This document shows positions 32,373 to 41,745 of a stretch of DNA of 64,000 nucleotides, one piece after another. The notes under the pieces are model-generated. The model did no database searches. It saw only the letters and a program-made list of their open reading frames with translations, and was not told the origin of the DNA. Source of the DNA: Litorivicinaceae bacterium (GTDB taxonomy: Bacteria > Pseudomonadota > Gammaproteobacteria > Pseudomonadales > Litorivicinaceae); the NCBI GenBank assembly GCA_965655875.1, contig CBFHIN010000001.1, positions 11,114 through 75,113 of the forward strand, given 5' to 3'. The first letter of the stretch is position 1. The number at the start of each line of letters is the position of its first letter. The position numbers and the translations under genes were made by a program.

Positions 32373-33376
32373 CCGACTTTCTCTGTTAAACGACCATTTC
32401 GACTCGCGATCAATGATTCGCGCAGGTCATCGAGCGATTTTGGTGATTGGAATCCGAGACGATCAACTAAATCGGCATGATAAGGAGCAGCTGAACCACC
32501 CACAAACACCGGAATTTTTCCATCCAATTGACCACTCAAACGGGTTAATTCAGCAGGAATTCTTGGATCATCAGCGGGATAAGTGATCGATAGGCTGACT
32601 GCACGTGCTCCCGATTGAACAGCGCATGCAACGATCTCATCAGCCGGTGTGTTCGGTCCAAGATAAACTGGTAACCAACCATCCACAGACACGAGCGCCG
32701 CAATCATCAATGCACCCAGCTCGTGAAGTTGACCAGTTGGGGTCGTAATTACGACCTTGGGTTCGCTGCCGGTATAGGTTTCTCTGAAACGTAAGGAACC
32801 AATAAAAGTTCTGAGATGCGCAGTTGCCATATGTTCATGTGCAATGCGGAGCTTACCAAGACGAGTCGACTCACCAATCTCTCGGAGCAGTGGACCAATC
32901 ACTGTTTCGAGGTAGGCAGGCAATGCCTGTTTGACAAGCCCTTCTTGCAAGAGCTGATCAAAACGATGCTGATCCATTGTTTGTATCGCAAACAACATCG
33001 CATCAATATCATCTTGCGTATCGGTGGACTCCAAAGGGTTCGTCCAACTCGGACGATATACTTCAGCATCATTATCCTGCGACGCTTCATATCGACTATC
33101 TTCAGACACAACATCGCGAAGAGCCTCGAGTGATAATGGCGCGACGTCGACAAGTCGTCGACCGTTTTGCTTAGCAATTCGAATCAGACGTAATCGCTCA
33201 ATATCGTAATCGCTGTACAGCCTGCGCTTTGTATCACTACGCGCTGGGTCGACAACGTGGTACCGTTTCTCCCAGGCACGTATCAGATCGACTGTGAGAC
33301 CCGTCCGATTAGCGACCAATCGGATGGGATGACGCGGTGCTGTGTCGATGCTTGAGATTGTCTCTAGAATAGCCAT
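32369..33376 (-). CDS. MerR-family regulator with C-terminal cobalamin-binding domain (CarH/LitR-type)
   Basis: N-terminal MerR HTH (IRLVANRTGLTVDLIRAWEKRYHVVDPARSDTKRRLYSDYDIERLRLI). Helical-bundle region with IGESTRLGKLRIAHEH. Rossmann B12 module (VVITTPTGQLHELGALMIAALV...VFVGGSA). Confidence 0.8.
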   Translation of the reverse strand: MAILETISSIDTAPRHPIRLVANRTGLTVDLIRAWEKRYHVVDPARSDTKRRLYSDYDIERLRLIRIAKQNGRRLVDVAPLSLEALRDVVSEDSRYEASQDNDAEVYRPSWTNPLESTDTQDDIDAMLFAIQTMDQHRFDQLLQEGLVKQALPAYLETVIGPLLREIGESTRLGKLRIAHEHMATAHLRTFIGSLRFRETYTGSEPKVVITTPTGQLHELGALMIAALVSVDGWLPVYLGPNTPADEIVACAVQSGARAVSLSITYPADDPRIPAELTRLSGQLDGKIPVFVGGSAAPYHADLVDRLGFQSPKSLDDLRESLIASRNGRLTEKVG

Positions 33377-33385
33377 AGTGCATAG

Positions 33386-33418
33386 TGTCGCAACGTTGTC
33401 CTAGTTTTGTCCAGACAA
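33386..33418. promoter_or_regulatory. Three tandem 11-bp-phased TGTC repeats (candidate CarH/LitR operator)
   Basis: TGTC begins at 33386, 33397 and 33408. Units are tgtcgcaacgt / tgtcctagttt / tgtccagacaa; the last forms TTGTC-CA-GACAA. The repeats fill most of the 51-bp divergent intergenic region. Confidence 0.5.
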
Positions 33419-33427
33419 AAGTGAAAC

Positions 33428-33934
33428 ATGAGATTACTGATTATCATCCTAGTGGTTCTTGCCCTGTTTTATCTGCTCACACGTGGATCAACTAAAGGCT
33501 GGATTGCTGAAAATAGATGGAAAGTGATAGGTGGCGCTGTTGCGATCGGTATTTTATTACTGGTCGTAACCGGCAAGTTGCCGGCACTCGCAGCACTTGC
33601 AGCCCCAGTTGCAGCATTCGGCCGACGCCTTTGGAGTATGCGTGGCTTACTCTCCATGTTTCCGCAACTTCGGCAAATTCTTGGTCTCGGAGCAGCAGCA
33701 AGCGCTGGCGCTGCGCATGCGAACCAGCAACGGCCCGCAAACAATGAACCGATGACATCGAAACGTGCCGCCGAAATTTTAGGCATCAAAGAAGATGCCA
33801 GCCCCACACAAATCAGAGCAGCGCATCGAAAACTGATGGGGAAGATGCATCCTGATAAAGATGGTACTGACTATCTCGCAGCCCTGATCAACGAGGCTCG
33901 AGACTTCCTGATCGCTCGCCACCAAGACACGTAA
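33428..33934 (+). CDS. Membrane-anchored J-domain (DnaJ-like) protein
   Basis: Two N-terminal TM helices, an Ala/Gly-rich linker, and a C-terminal J domain with HPD (AAEILGIKEDASPTQIRAAHRKLMGKMHPDKDG). Confidence 0.8.
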   Translation: MRLLIIILVVLALFYLLTRGSTKGWIAENRWKVIGGAVAIGILLLVVTGKLPALAALAAPVAAFGRRLWSMRGLLSMFPQLRQILGLGAAASAGAAHANQQRPANNEPMTSKRAAEILGIKEDASPTQIRAAHRKLMGKMHPDKDGTDYLAALINEARDFLIARHQDT

Positions 33935-35465
33935 GAACAGCTTTACCCAGGCCGAGACCTGCCGCGTCGTGTGCATCGTAGATTAAGTTAGCACCAGCCT
34001 CTTCGACTCGGGCAACAGTATGGCGCGAGCGCGTACTGACAGCGATGACACCCTCAAAACCCCGGTCACGCAATCGCGTAGTCGCCCAACATTGAGCTTC
34101 TGGCTCAGGCATCGTCAGAACAATGGCTTCCAATCGGCCAAAGCGTAAGTTGTTCCAAAATCCAGGGTCTTCAGCATCGGCGAATACCACACGACGGCCC
34201 GCTTGTCGGTGTGACTCCAGCTTGCCTGGGTCAGCATCAATACCAACCACCTTTTCCCCGTCATTGGTTAGGCTATCGAATACCGCAGTCCCAATTCGAC
34301 CCATACCAATCACCAGAACATGCGCACCACCCAGAGTCAGCGGCTGCTCGTCTGGATGTCGGTCAGTTCGCTCAAAATGAGTCAACACATTTTCATAACG
34401 TTCATACAGTTCGTGTGCAAATCGATTTAAAGGAGCAGAGATAACAAAACTCAAAGTCACAGCGACGGCAATCACCGACAGGACAGATGCCGGAATCAGT
34501 CCACTATCTGCCCATGCTGCTGCGACAATCAAGGCGAATTCCGAATATGAAAACAAGGTAATTGACATTAAAAACGCGGTGTATGAACGCAATCGAATCC
34601 ACAAAAGCAATCCAAATAGAACACAAAGTTTTACTGGCAATAAAATTAATAAAGGGAGCGCATCCATCACAACTTGAATGTCTAGCGGAACCTGCATACC
34701 GACCCGCAAGAAAAATGCGATCAACAGTAGTTCTCGGATGCCCCATAAATAGTTGGCAATGCCCTTAGCGACCGGATGATTTGCAAAAACCATTCCCATA
34801 ACCAACGCGCCCAACTCGCCGCTAACACCGACTGCCTTAAACAACTGAGCACCCAAAACCAGTGCGATCAACACACCCACGAGCAAATGCAATTCCGGCT
34901 CCGGAGACAATCGGTCAAGTGCCTTGCGAAGAATTGGCGTCACCAATGGGATGGCAAGCAGCCCTAGCGCAAAAGGCGACGGAGCGGAATCACCACCGAT
35001 TGCCAGTAATGTTACGGCCACCAAATCTTGTAGTACTAGAATGCTGATCGATAATCGTCCATGGAATGCGCGAATTTCGCGGCGCGCCTCGAGACCTTTC
35101 GCCGCCACGACGGTACTCGAAAAACCAAGCGTCAAAGCCAGCGCGATCTTCATTTCCAAGGAGAGTGGTTGGGTTAATGCCAGCGCCAGAATCATCGCTG
35201 ATAAAATAAGATGAAGAATCGTCCCGAATGCGACGTCAAACCGAAAAATAGATTTCGGATTCATTTTTAAACCGATGGCAAACAGTAATAACTCCACACC
35301 GATCTCCGCAGGAACATCGAGCCAATGCTCAACATCACCGAGACCGTTTGCCGTAAATAATGCACCAGCTGTCAAATACCCCACTAAGGGCGGCAATGCC
35401 AACCAGCGTGCAATCTGGCCTGCGCCCCACGCGCCTGCAATCCAAATAAGCACAACTGACATCAT
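33888..35465 (-). CDS. CPA2-family cation:proton antiporter with C-terminal TrkA-N (RCK) domain (Kef/YbaL-like)
   Basis: Multi-TM Na_H exchanger region plus HVLVIGMGRIGTAVFDSL Rossmann motif. Start at ATG 35465 forms an ATGA overlap with the epmB stop. Confidence 0.85.
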   Translation of the reverse strand: MMSVVLIWIAGAWGAGQIARWLALPPLVGYLTAGALFTANGLGDVEHWLDVPAEIGVELLLFAIGLKMNPKSIFRFDVAFGTILHLILSAMILALALTQPLSLEMKIALALTLGFSSTVVAAKGLEARREIRAFHGRLSISILVLQDLVAVTLLAIGGDSAPSPFALGLLAIPLVTPILRKALDRLSPEPELHLLVGVLIALVLGAQLFKAVGVSGELGALVMGMVFANHPVAKGIANYLWGIRELLLIAFFLRVGMQVPLDIQVVMDALPLLILLPVKLCVLFGLLLWIRLRSYTAFLMSITLFSYSEFALIVAAAWADSGLIPASVLSVIAVAVTLSFVISAPLNRFAHELYERYENVLTHFERTDRHPDEQPLTLGGAHVLVIGMGRIGTAVFDSLTNDGEKVVGIDADPGKLESHRQAGRRVVFADAEDPGFWNNLRFGRLEAIVLTMPEPEAQCWATTRLRDRGFEGVIAVSTRSRHTVARVEEAGANLIYDAHDAAGLGLGKAVLTCLGGERSGSLEPR

Positions 35466-36448
35466 GTTTGCGTCGTTTCCTTCCATAGCACTTTATGCCC
35501 AACGCCCGGGACTTCCCTGACCACTTTCGGAACCAAGTATCCTGGAAGCGCATTCAAAAGCCCTTGATGCAGCTCCCGCACCGTTTGATCCGTGACTTCG
35601 AAATGATGCGCTCCGGATACCCGATCCAACACATTCAAATAATACGGATCAATACCGACTTCAAACAACCGCTCACTCAATGCAACAAGGCTATGTATTG
35701 AGTCATTGACACCTTTCAGAATGACCGCTTGATTCAAAACAGAGCGGCATACCGTCCTTAATTTTTGGACAGCTTGAGCTACAGACGCATCAATTTCGTT
35801 GGCATGATTGCAGTGCAAGACGGTAATCACCGGAAGTCGAGTTACCTCAATCGCATCGCATAAGGCATCCGTAACACGCTCTGGAACAACCACCGGCAAG
35901 CGTGTGTGAATTCTCACGCGCTTTATCGTTTGCACCGATTCAAGATGCCCAAACAGTTTTGCGATCGACACATCGTCAGCCATTAAGGGGTCTCCCCCAG
36001 ACACGATGACTTCGTTAACCTCAGGATGACTCATTAAATATTGAATCAATGAGTCAATATCTCGAGCCGTCAATGTTTGCTCTGAATACGGAAAATGGCG
36101 CCGGAAACAATACCGGCAATTAATCGCGCAGCCGCCGCGGTAAATCAAAAGCACTCGGGATCGATATTTGTGCAACAGCCCAGTCAGTGGGCCATCCCTT
36201 TCGTCCAATGGATCGTGACTAAAGCCAGGCGTTGCCAATCGCTCTTCAGAAATAGCCAATACCTGGCGCAGTAGTGGATCCTCCGGATCCCCTCGCTTGA
36301 TTCGATTCAAAAAAGGTATCGGTACGCGAACCGGAAAGTCTGGCTGCGAATCGACCATACCGAGTTGATCCGCGTCCAGCCCTAACCGCGACAGCAAGTC
36401 GTTTGACGTCATCACTGAATCAGCGAGCGCCTGTTGCCATGGCTTCAT
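35462..36448 (-). CDS. epmB: EF-P beta-lysylation protein EpmB (lysine 2,3-aminomutase family, radical SAM)
   Basis: CAINCRYCFRR radical-SAM cluster motif; 328 aa; SGGDPLM. Confidence 0.88.
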   Translation of the reverse strand: MKPWQQALADSVMTSNDLLSRLGLDADQLGMVDSQPDFPVRVPIPFLNRIKRGDPEDPLLRQVLAISEERLATPGFSHDPLDERDGPLTGLLHKYRSRVLLIYRGGCAINCRYCFRRHFPYSEQTLTARDIDSLIQYLMSHPEVNEVIVSGGDPLMADDVSIAKLFGHLESVQTIKRVRIHTRLPVVVPERVTDALCDAIEVTRLPVITVLHCNHANEIDASVAQAVQKLRTVCRSVLNQAVILKGVNDSIHSLVALSERLFEVGIDPYYLNVLDRVSGAHHFEVTDQTVRELHQGLLNALPGYLVPKVVREVPGVGHKVLWKETTQT

Positions 36449-37056
36449 AAACGCTGATCTAGTACGCGTTCGACGGTGTCGACGATTGCTTGGGTTTGAC
36501 TATCAATCTCAAGATTCATGAAATCACCAACCCGAACGCGACCAAACGTCGTGATAGCCCGTGTCTCAGGGATCAGATGGATACTGAACAACTCGTTCTT
36601 CTGCACCTCTCCAACGGTAAGAGAACATCCGTTCAGTGATACGTATCCTTTTGGTAATACATATTTCGCAAGATGCTCTGGTACTCGCCACCAGACAGCT
36701 AAATTAGATTCTGTCTCGAGTACTTCAGCGACTTCTGCTTGGCCATGAATATGTCCAGACAGCACGTGCCCGCCAATTTCGTCACCAAATCGTGCGGCGC
36801 GCTCAACGTTAACATCGTCACCTTCTGCAACTGAGAGGAGATTGGTCAATCGCAACGTTTCGTCGATCACATCGAACGAAACACCATCGCTGTTCCAGTC
36901 AACAACCGTCAGGCACACACCGTTGATTGCAATCGATGCACCTTTTTCAAGATCCTGGTCTCGGCCCTCTGGCATCTGTACCTGTAAACGACGGATTCCT
37001 CCGTGATCTTTGATATGCGTGATTCGACCAAGCCCTTGCACTATCCCCGTAAACAT
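36445..37056 (-). CDS. ribE: Riboflavin synthase (alpha chain; ribC in E. coli nomenclature)
   Basis: MFTGIVQGLGRI...INGVCLTV...LNGCSLTV, the duplicated lumazine-binding repeat. Confidence 0.93.
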   Translation of the reverse strand: MFTGIVQGLGRITHIKDHGGIRRLQVQMPEGRDQDLEKGASIAINGVCLTVVDWNSDGVSFDVIDETLRLTNLLSVAEGDDVNVERAARFGDEIGGHVLSGHIHGQAEVAEVLETESNLAVWWRVPEHLAKYVLPKGYVSLNGCSLTVGEVQKNELFSIHLIPETRAITTFGRVRVGDFMNLEIDSQTQAIVDTVERVLDQRL

Positions 37057-38177
37057 TAACCCGCCAACTCCTGAATCATCGATCGAAGCATTGGATGCTG
37101 ATCTGCTGTACGCAACGCAAAACTCCTACCCAACTGAACCAGCGGTTGATCCGAGCGGAAGCCATCTGAAAAAAGTCCCATGACAGTCGCCACCGTTCGC
37201 TGCTCAAAGCGTCGTTCTCGAGCCACTGCGCGGGCAATTCGATCACCTCGAGCATTTGGGTGCCGCTTGAGCGTTTCTTTCAACGCAGCAACATCGCCGA
37301 AGCCTAGATTTGCTCCCAAACCGGCCAATGGCAGAATCCCATGTGCCGTATCCCCGATTGCGAGAAGTGAGCCCAACGCATCCTGCTTTAGACAGTGTTG
37401 CGACAGTGGAATCCAAAGGGGATCACCAACAAATCGAAGCTGTCCACGCACATTCTCACTGGTTGCCACGAGTTCCTGCGCCAACTGCTCAGCGGACAGG
37501 CTTTTAAGTTCTGATGCTGTCTCAAGATCCAGTGACCAGACCAAACTGACGCGATGCTCATTATTTTGATCAGGCAGTGGCAATAGTGCCAATGGCCCAG
37601 CAGTAGTGAAGATTTGAAATGCTTGCCCATGATGCGGTCGTTCCGACTGCAACGTTCCGACCACCGCACATTGCCGATAACCACCATCGATTACTTCGAA
37701 GCCCGATGCTATTGCTGTTTGTGCTTTTTTTCCTTCAGCAAAAATGACCAAATCTGCATCGATTTCTTGATCATCGAGCTGCACGAGACCTGTTTCCGAT
37801 ACCGTATTGACAGGCTCAGTAACCAATTCAATCGTTGTCTCTTTGATTGCTTTTAATAGCTGATTCCGCACCCATCGAGCCTCTACCAAATGACCGAGTA
37901 ACGAATCAGTAAAGGTCACCCTCGCATCGCTTCGTGCATCAATCACGTGCATCGATTGGTAGGGACATACGCGCTCATCCGGTGTCCATGCGTTGAGAGT
38001 TGATAGAAGCGCGGTCGAACGATAACCAAGCGCCCAAACACGCGCATCGATTTCATCCGTTTGCGCTTCAAGCTCAAACCCAAACGGATCGTAAACGCAA
38101 ACCGCATGCCCTGCTTTGTGGCAAACCAGAGCCGAGCTCAGTCCAACCGAACCGCCACCAACGACCACTATTTTCAA
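37056..38177 (-). CDS. ubiI: UbiH/UbiF/VisC/COQ6-family FAD-dependent ubiquinone hydroxylase (UbiI/VisC position)
   Basis: KIVVVGGGSVGLS, IGDTAHGILPLAGLGANLGFGD. Located downstream of ubiH, as in the E. coli pepP-ubiH-visC cluster. Confidence 0.8.
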   Translation of the reverse strand: MKIVVVGGGSVGLSSALVCHKAGHAVCVYDPFGFELEAQTDEIDARVWALGYRSTALLSTLNAWTPDERVCPYQSMHVIDARSDARVTFTDSLLGHLVEARWVRNQLLKAIKETTIELVTEPVNTVSETGLVQLDDQEIDADLVIFAEGKKAQTAIASGFEVIDGGYRQCAVVGTLQSERPHHGQAFQIFTTAGPLALLPLPDQNNEHRVSLVWSLDLETASELKSLSAEQLAQELVATSENVRGQLRFVGDPLWIPLSQHCLKQDALGSLLAIGDTAHGILPLAGLGANLGFGDVAALKETLKRHPNARGDRIARAVARERRFEQRTVATVMGLFSDGFRSDQPLVQLGRSFALRTADQHPMLRSMIQELAG

Positions 38178-39277
38178 GAAACAATCCCCATTCCGGCCTC
38201 AGCAATCTTCTTCTTTAACCAAGGACTTTGATCAGCCAAAGTCATGCCGACACTGGTGAGCACTTTTCTTGGCAATAAATCGCGGTCAAAAATTGCTTCA
38301 AGGCTCGAGCTTGCAAGTCGTGTGCGATCCCGATTGGGCTTCCAATTTGCGAACGCAACGCGAACAGCTTGGTCTGTCTCATGGTGTTGAAGTTCATTGA
38401 TTAACTGAGCGACCCCGCGAAGCGCGAGATTCAACCCTTGGCCCGCCACCGGATGGATGGTTTGTGCCCCATTCCCAATCAAAGCCACCCCTGGTCGAAA
38501 TGGTTGATCAATCCACCGCTCCACAAGCGGTATGAGTATTGGCTCAACGATCATTTCAACATCACCAAGCTCGCGGGGCATCGCCGCTTTCAGCGCTGCC
38601 GTGAGCTTTTCAGGGTTTTGATACAAGGATTCGGCATCGCTCGGATTAAGAGACCAAACAAACCCATAAATTGACTCCTCGATCGGCAACACCGCAAGAG
38701 GACCCGTTCCTACAAATCGCTCATATGCTCGACCAACCCAAGGTGTCGACACTTGAACGCGGCCCAGAAGTGCCGATCGGTTAAATGACCGAAATTGTGG
38801 GGACAAACCCAAACTCTCAGTCAGGTGGCTTCGCCCTCCATCAGCGAGAACCACCAAATCAGGCCTTACAATTTCGCCCGTTTCGAGTTCGATACACGGA
38901 TTTGACGATTGACTCCGCGCTCGAATTGCTGAAACAGAAACGGACTCCACAGAAGTCGAGACCAGCGGTGACACTGCATTCTCGAGAACTTGCGAACAGA
39001 CAACGCGACCGAATCTTGGATAACCGCACTCAACAGAATCCAAAAGCACTGAACCAGGCAATCCATGCTCGTTGACCAAAATTTCTGTCAAATCTTGGCC
39101 TGCCTCCAATTCCACCCCAATCTGAGTCAACAACTGCAATGTCGATTCAGCCAATGCCAATGACATTTTCGGCTTTTCAATCGAAGGATCGAATAGGCGA
39201 ACGTTATGCCCTTTATCAGAAAAAGCACGCGCCGCAATTAAACCAATCGGACCACCGCCAACGATTCCAATCTGCAC
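38174..39277 (-). CDS. ubiH: 2-octaprenyl-6-methoxyphenol hydroxylase
   Basis: IGIVGGGPIGLIAA, IGNGAQTIHPVAGQGLNLALRG. Synteny after pepP. Confidence 0.82.
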   Translation of the reverse strand: MQIGIVGGGPIGLIAARAFSDKGHNVRLFDPSIEKPKMSLALAESTLQLLTQIGVELEAGQDLTEILVNEHGLPGSVLLDSVECGYPRFGRVVCSQVLENAVSPLVSTSVESVSVSAIRARSQSSNPCIELETGEIVRPDLVVLADGGRSHLTESLGLSPQFRSFNRSALLGRVQVSTPWVGRAYERFVGTGPLAVLPIEESIYGFVWSLNPSDAESLYQNPEKLTAALKAAMPRELGDVEMIVEPILIPLVERWIDQPFRPGVALIGNGAQTIHPVAGQGLNLALRGVAQLINELQHHETDQAVRVAFANWKPNRDRTRLASSSLEAIFDRDLLPRKVLTSVGMTLADQSPWLKKKIAEAGMGIVS

Positions 39278-39279
39278 GC

Positions 39280-40584
39280 TTACCCTCGCATTAGGGTTTC
39301 AATTTCACCCCGATCCTTTGGAACACCAGAGGTGAGAATTTCAGGACCACCGTCGGTGATCAATATGTCGTCCTCAATACGGATCCCGATACCACGATAT
39401 TGAGTCGGCGCCTCAGACGATTGACTCACGTAGAGTCCTGGTTCGCAGGTGATGACCATCCCGTCAGTCAGCTCGACTGGTTCTTCATTTGTTTCGTAGG
39501 AACCCACATCATGCACATCAAGGCCTAAAAAATGACCCGTCCCATGCATGTAATAGGGAAGGTAGCTCTTCTGCTCAAGTGCGGATTCAAGTGAGCCTTG
39601 AATGATTTTCAAATCAATCAGGCCCTCTGTCAGTTGTTGAACAGCCGCTTGGTGAAATGCTTTGATCGACTGCCCGACAGTCATTGCTTGAATCGCTGTT
39701 GCCTGCGCATGAAGCACCACATCATAGAGCGCTGCTTGCTCGCTTGAGAATGCTCCGTTGACCGGGAACGTTCGCGTGATGTCGCCAGCATAGCCTTGAA
39801 CCTCACAGCCCGCATCAATGAGAACCAAATCACCATCTTGTAACCGATCACTCCGATCGATGTAGTGCAAGATGCACGCATTATCACCGCCGCCAACAAT
39901 GGTCTGATAGGCGAGAGAAGGTGAGCCTTCCATACGGAAACGGTGCTCGACGATTGCAGCCAATTGGTCCTCTGTCAATCCCGGCCGGCATGCCTGCATG
40001 GCGCTGACGTGGCCAAGTGCCGAGATGCGACCGGCTTCACGCATGACAGCAATCTCCTGTGTCGACTTGATCAACCGTGCCGCATGTAAATGACGTGAAA
40101 GGTCAACCCGATGAGTAAGCAAATCTTGTTGTCTTGACTTAATCCCTTTCGCTTTGATGACTCGGTCAACAATTGCAGTGGAATGAGTGCAATAAAATGG
40201 ATACTCAATCCATGCGACATCAGAAAGTAACCTACTGAGCTCTTCCTCAAGCGCACCAAGTGGATAACCTTCATCGACTCCGAGGCCTGCGTTGACATGA
40301 TCAGGCCCAAGTCGCCGACCGGTCCATACTTCCTGATCTGGATTTTTCGGTCGAACAAACAATCGATCCGGTTGGCCTGGTCCTATAACAAGCACGGCAT
40401 CAGGTTCCGTGAATCCGGTTAAATACCAAAAATCGCTCGATTGACGAAACGGATACTCTGCATCCCGATTCCGAATGACTTCATGAGCTGCAGAAATAAT
40501 CGCAAGCGAAGACTTGGGCATGAGTGCCTTGAGTCGGTCGCGGCGCTCTTGATACGTCTGCAATGGAAACATCGCGGTACTCAT
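39280..40584 (-). CDS. pepP: Xaa-Pro aminopeptidase
   Basis: M24B motifs LIDAGCEVQGYAGDITRTFPV, HGTGHFLGLDVHD, GIGIRIEDD. Confidence 0.93.
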   Translation of the reverse strand: MSTAMFPLQTYQERRDRLKALMPKSSLAIISAAHEVIRNRDAEYPFRQSSDFWYLTGFTEPDAVLVIGPGQPDRLFVRPKNPDQEVWTGRRLGPDHVNAGLGVDEGYPLGALEEELSRLLSDVAWIEYPFYCTHSTAIVDRVIKAKGIKSRQQDLLTHRVDLSRHLHAARLIKSTQEIAVMREAGRISALGHVSAMQACRPGLTEDQLAAIVEHRFRMEGSPSLAYQTIVGGGDNACILHYIDRSDRLQDGDLVLIDAGCEVQGYAGDITRTFPVNGAFSSEQAALYDVVLHAQATAIQAMTVGQSIKAFHQAAVQQLTEGLIDLKIIQGSLESALEQKSYLPYYMHGTGHFLGLDVHDVGSYETNEEPVELTDGMVITCEPGLYVSQSSEAPTQYRGIGIRIEDDILITDGGPEILTSGVPKDRGEIETLMRG

Positions 40585-41148
40585 TCAGTGAACCTTGGGA
40601 TCTTGAGCCACATCATCCTGATCACCACGCAACTCTGTGGCGACCAACAGGGCAGCTAATCTGACATGTTCACTGACGTCGGCAAATGCTTTTTCAAGTG
40701 ACTCATCATCACCATCTGCTTCGATTCGTGCTATTTCTGATAAATCTTCGAGTGCCTGACGTACATCCTCAGACAGTTGTTGATCGTTGGATAGTTCCCC
40801 TGAAAGACCAAGACCTGCCAGAAAAGACTCACACCAAGCTCCTAAAGCCTCGGCCCGTTCTTCAATCAGCTCATCATCTTCTGGTAATAGCATTTCAAAA
40901 TCGAGACCCATCCCAGACCAGCTCTCATGCAATTCGCCATACAAGGTCTCAAGCATTTCAGCGATTTGCGTCAACATACCAGGCTGAAGATCGGCGTACT
41001 CGGCCAATCTGGCCACATACTCCTCTGGTCGCACTTGAAGATTGGCTGCCATCAAGCCTGCCAGCAAACCCTGCACCTCAGAGGCACGAATATCGGAATT
41101 TTGGTCGACCAACCAATCGTCCATCGAACGATATATCTCTGTGATCAT
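40585..41148 (-). CDS. ygfB: UPF0149 family protein YgfB
   Basis: 187-aa acidic protein in the conserved position upstream of pepP (EVQGLLAGLMAA...). Confidence 0.8.
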   Translation of the reverse strand: MITEIYRSMDDWLVDQNSDIRASEVQGLLAGLMAANLQVRPEEYVARLAEYADLQPGMLTQIAEMLETLYGELHESWSGMGLDFEMLLPEDDELIEERAEALGAWCESFLAGLGLSGELSNDQQLSEDVRQALEDLSEIARIEADGDDESLEKAFADVSEHVRLAALLVATELRGDQDDVAQDPKVH

Positions 41149-41238
41149 AGGGGCCCTCCTGAATAACTAACTGTATCACGTCTGTTGTGCCTGAGAGTGA
41201 GCAGACGTATCATGCGGTCAAGCCAAAGGGAAACCTAA

Positions 41239-41445
41239 ATGCGTAATGATTTGCAGGAGTTGGAACAGCAAGTTGAGAAACTGATCCAACTTTCAGAGCG
41301 TCTGAATCAAGAGAATCGCCACTTGCGAAAGCAACAGGTGGAGCTCAAGCGTGCGCGCGCTGAACTTCTCAAACAACGGGATGAGGCGCGTCAACACATC
41401 GATGCTGTTCTTGGGCGGCTTAAAAACTATGAGGTGTTGTCGTGA
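41239..41445 (+). CDS. Small coiled-coil protein upstream of zapA (TIGR02449-like)
   Basis: 68 aa, heptad-rich (LQELEQQVEKLIQLSERLNQENRHLRKQQVELKR). 4-nt overlap into zapA. Confidence 0.7.
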   Translation: MRNDLQELEQQVEKLIQLSERLNQENRHLRKQQVELKRARAELLKQRDEARQHIDAVLGRLKNYEVLS

Positions 41446-41738
41446 CAGAAATCGCAACCGTTCGTGTTCAGATTTTAGGGCGTGAGTTCCCAGTGGCCTG
41501 TCCGGCGGGACAGGAGCATCAGCTAGAGGCTGCGGCTGAATTCGTCGACCACCGGATGCGCGAAATTCAAGAGAAAACCGGCAATAGCGCCCTCGAGCGT
41601 CTCGCCGTCATGGCCGCGCTCAATATTGCACACGAGCATCTAACAGGTGATACCTCGAATCATGACCAAGAGCTGAAACAGCTTGCAGATCGAATCGGAA
41701 CGACACTCGAGCGGCTGTCTGAGACAGAAACAGGCTGA
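41442..41738 (+). CDS. zapA: Cell division protein ZapA
   Basis: VRVQILGREFPVACPAGQEHQLEAAAEFVDHRM...LAVMAALNIAHE. Confidence 0.9.
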   Translation: MTEIATVRVQILGREFPVACPAGQEHQLEAAAEFVDHRMREIQEKTGNSALERLAVMAALNIAHEHLTGDTSNHDQELKQLADRIGTTLERLSETETG

Positions 41739-41745
41739 TATACTC

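Noticed and set aside
40686-41144. 152-aa plus-strand ORF
   Set aside because: Antisense to ygfB. The ygfB frame fits the conserved ygfB-pepP synteny.
41178-41208. 7-bp inverted repeat ACGTCTG-N17-CAGACGT between ygfB and the zapA-upstream gene
   Set aside because: A 7-bp arm in a 90-bp region is about chance expectation, and there is no other supporting context.
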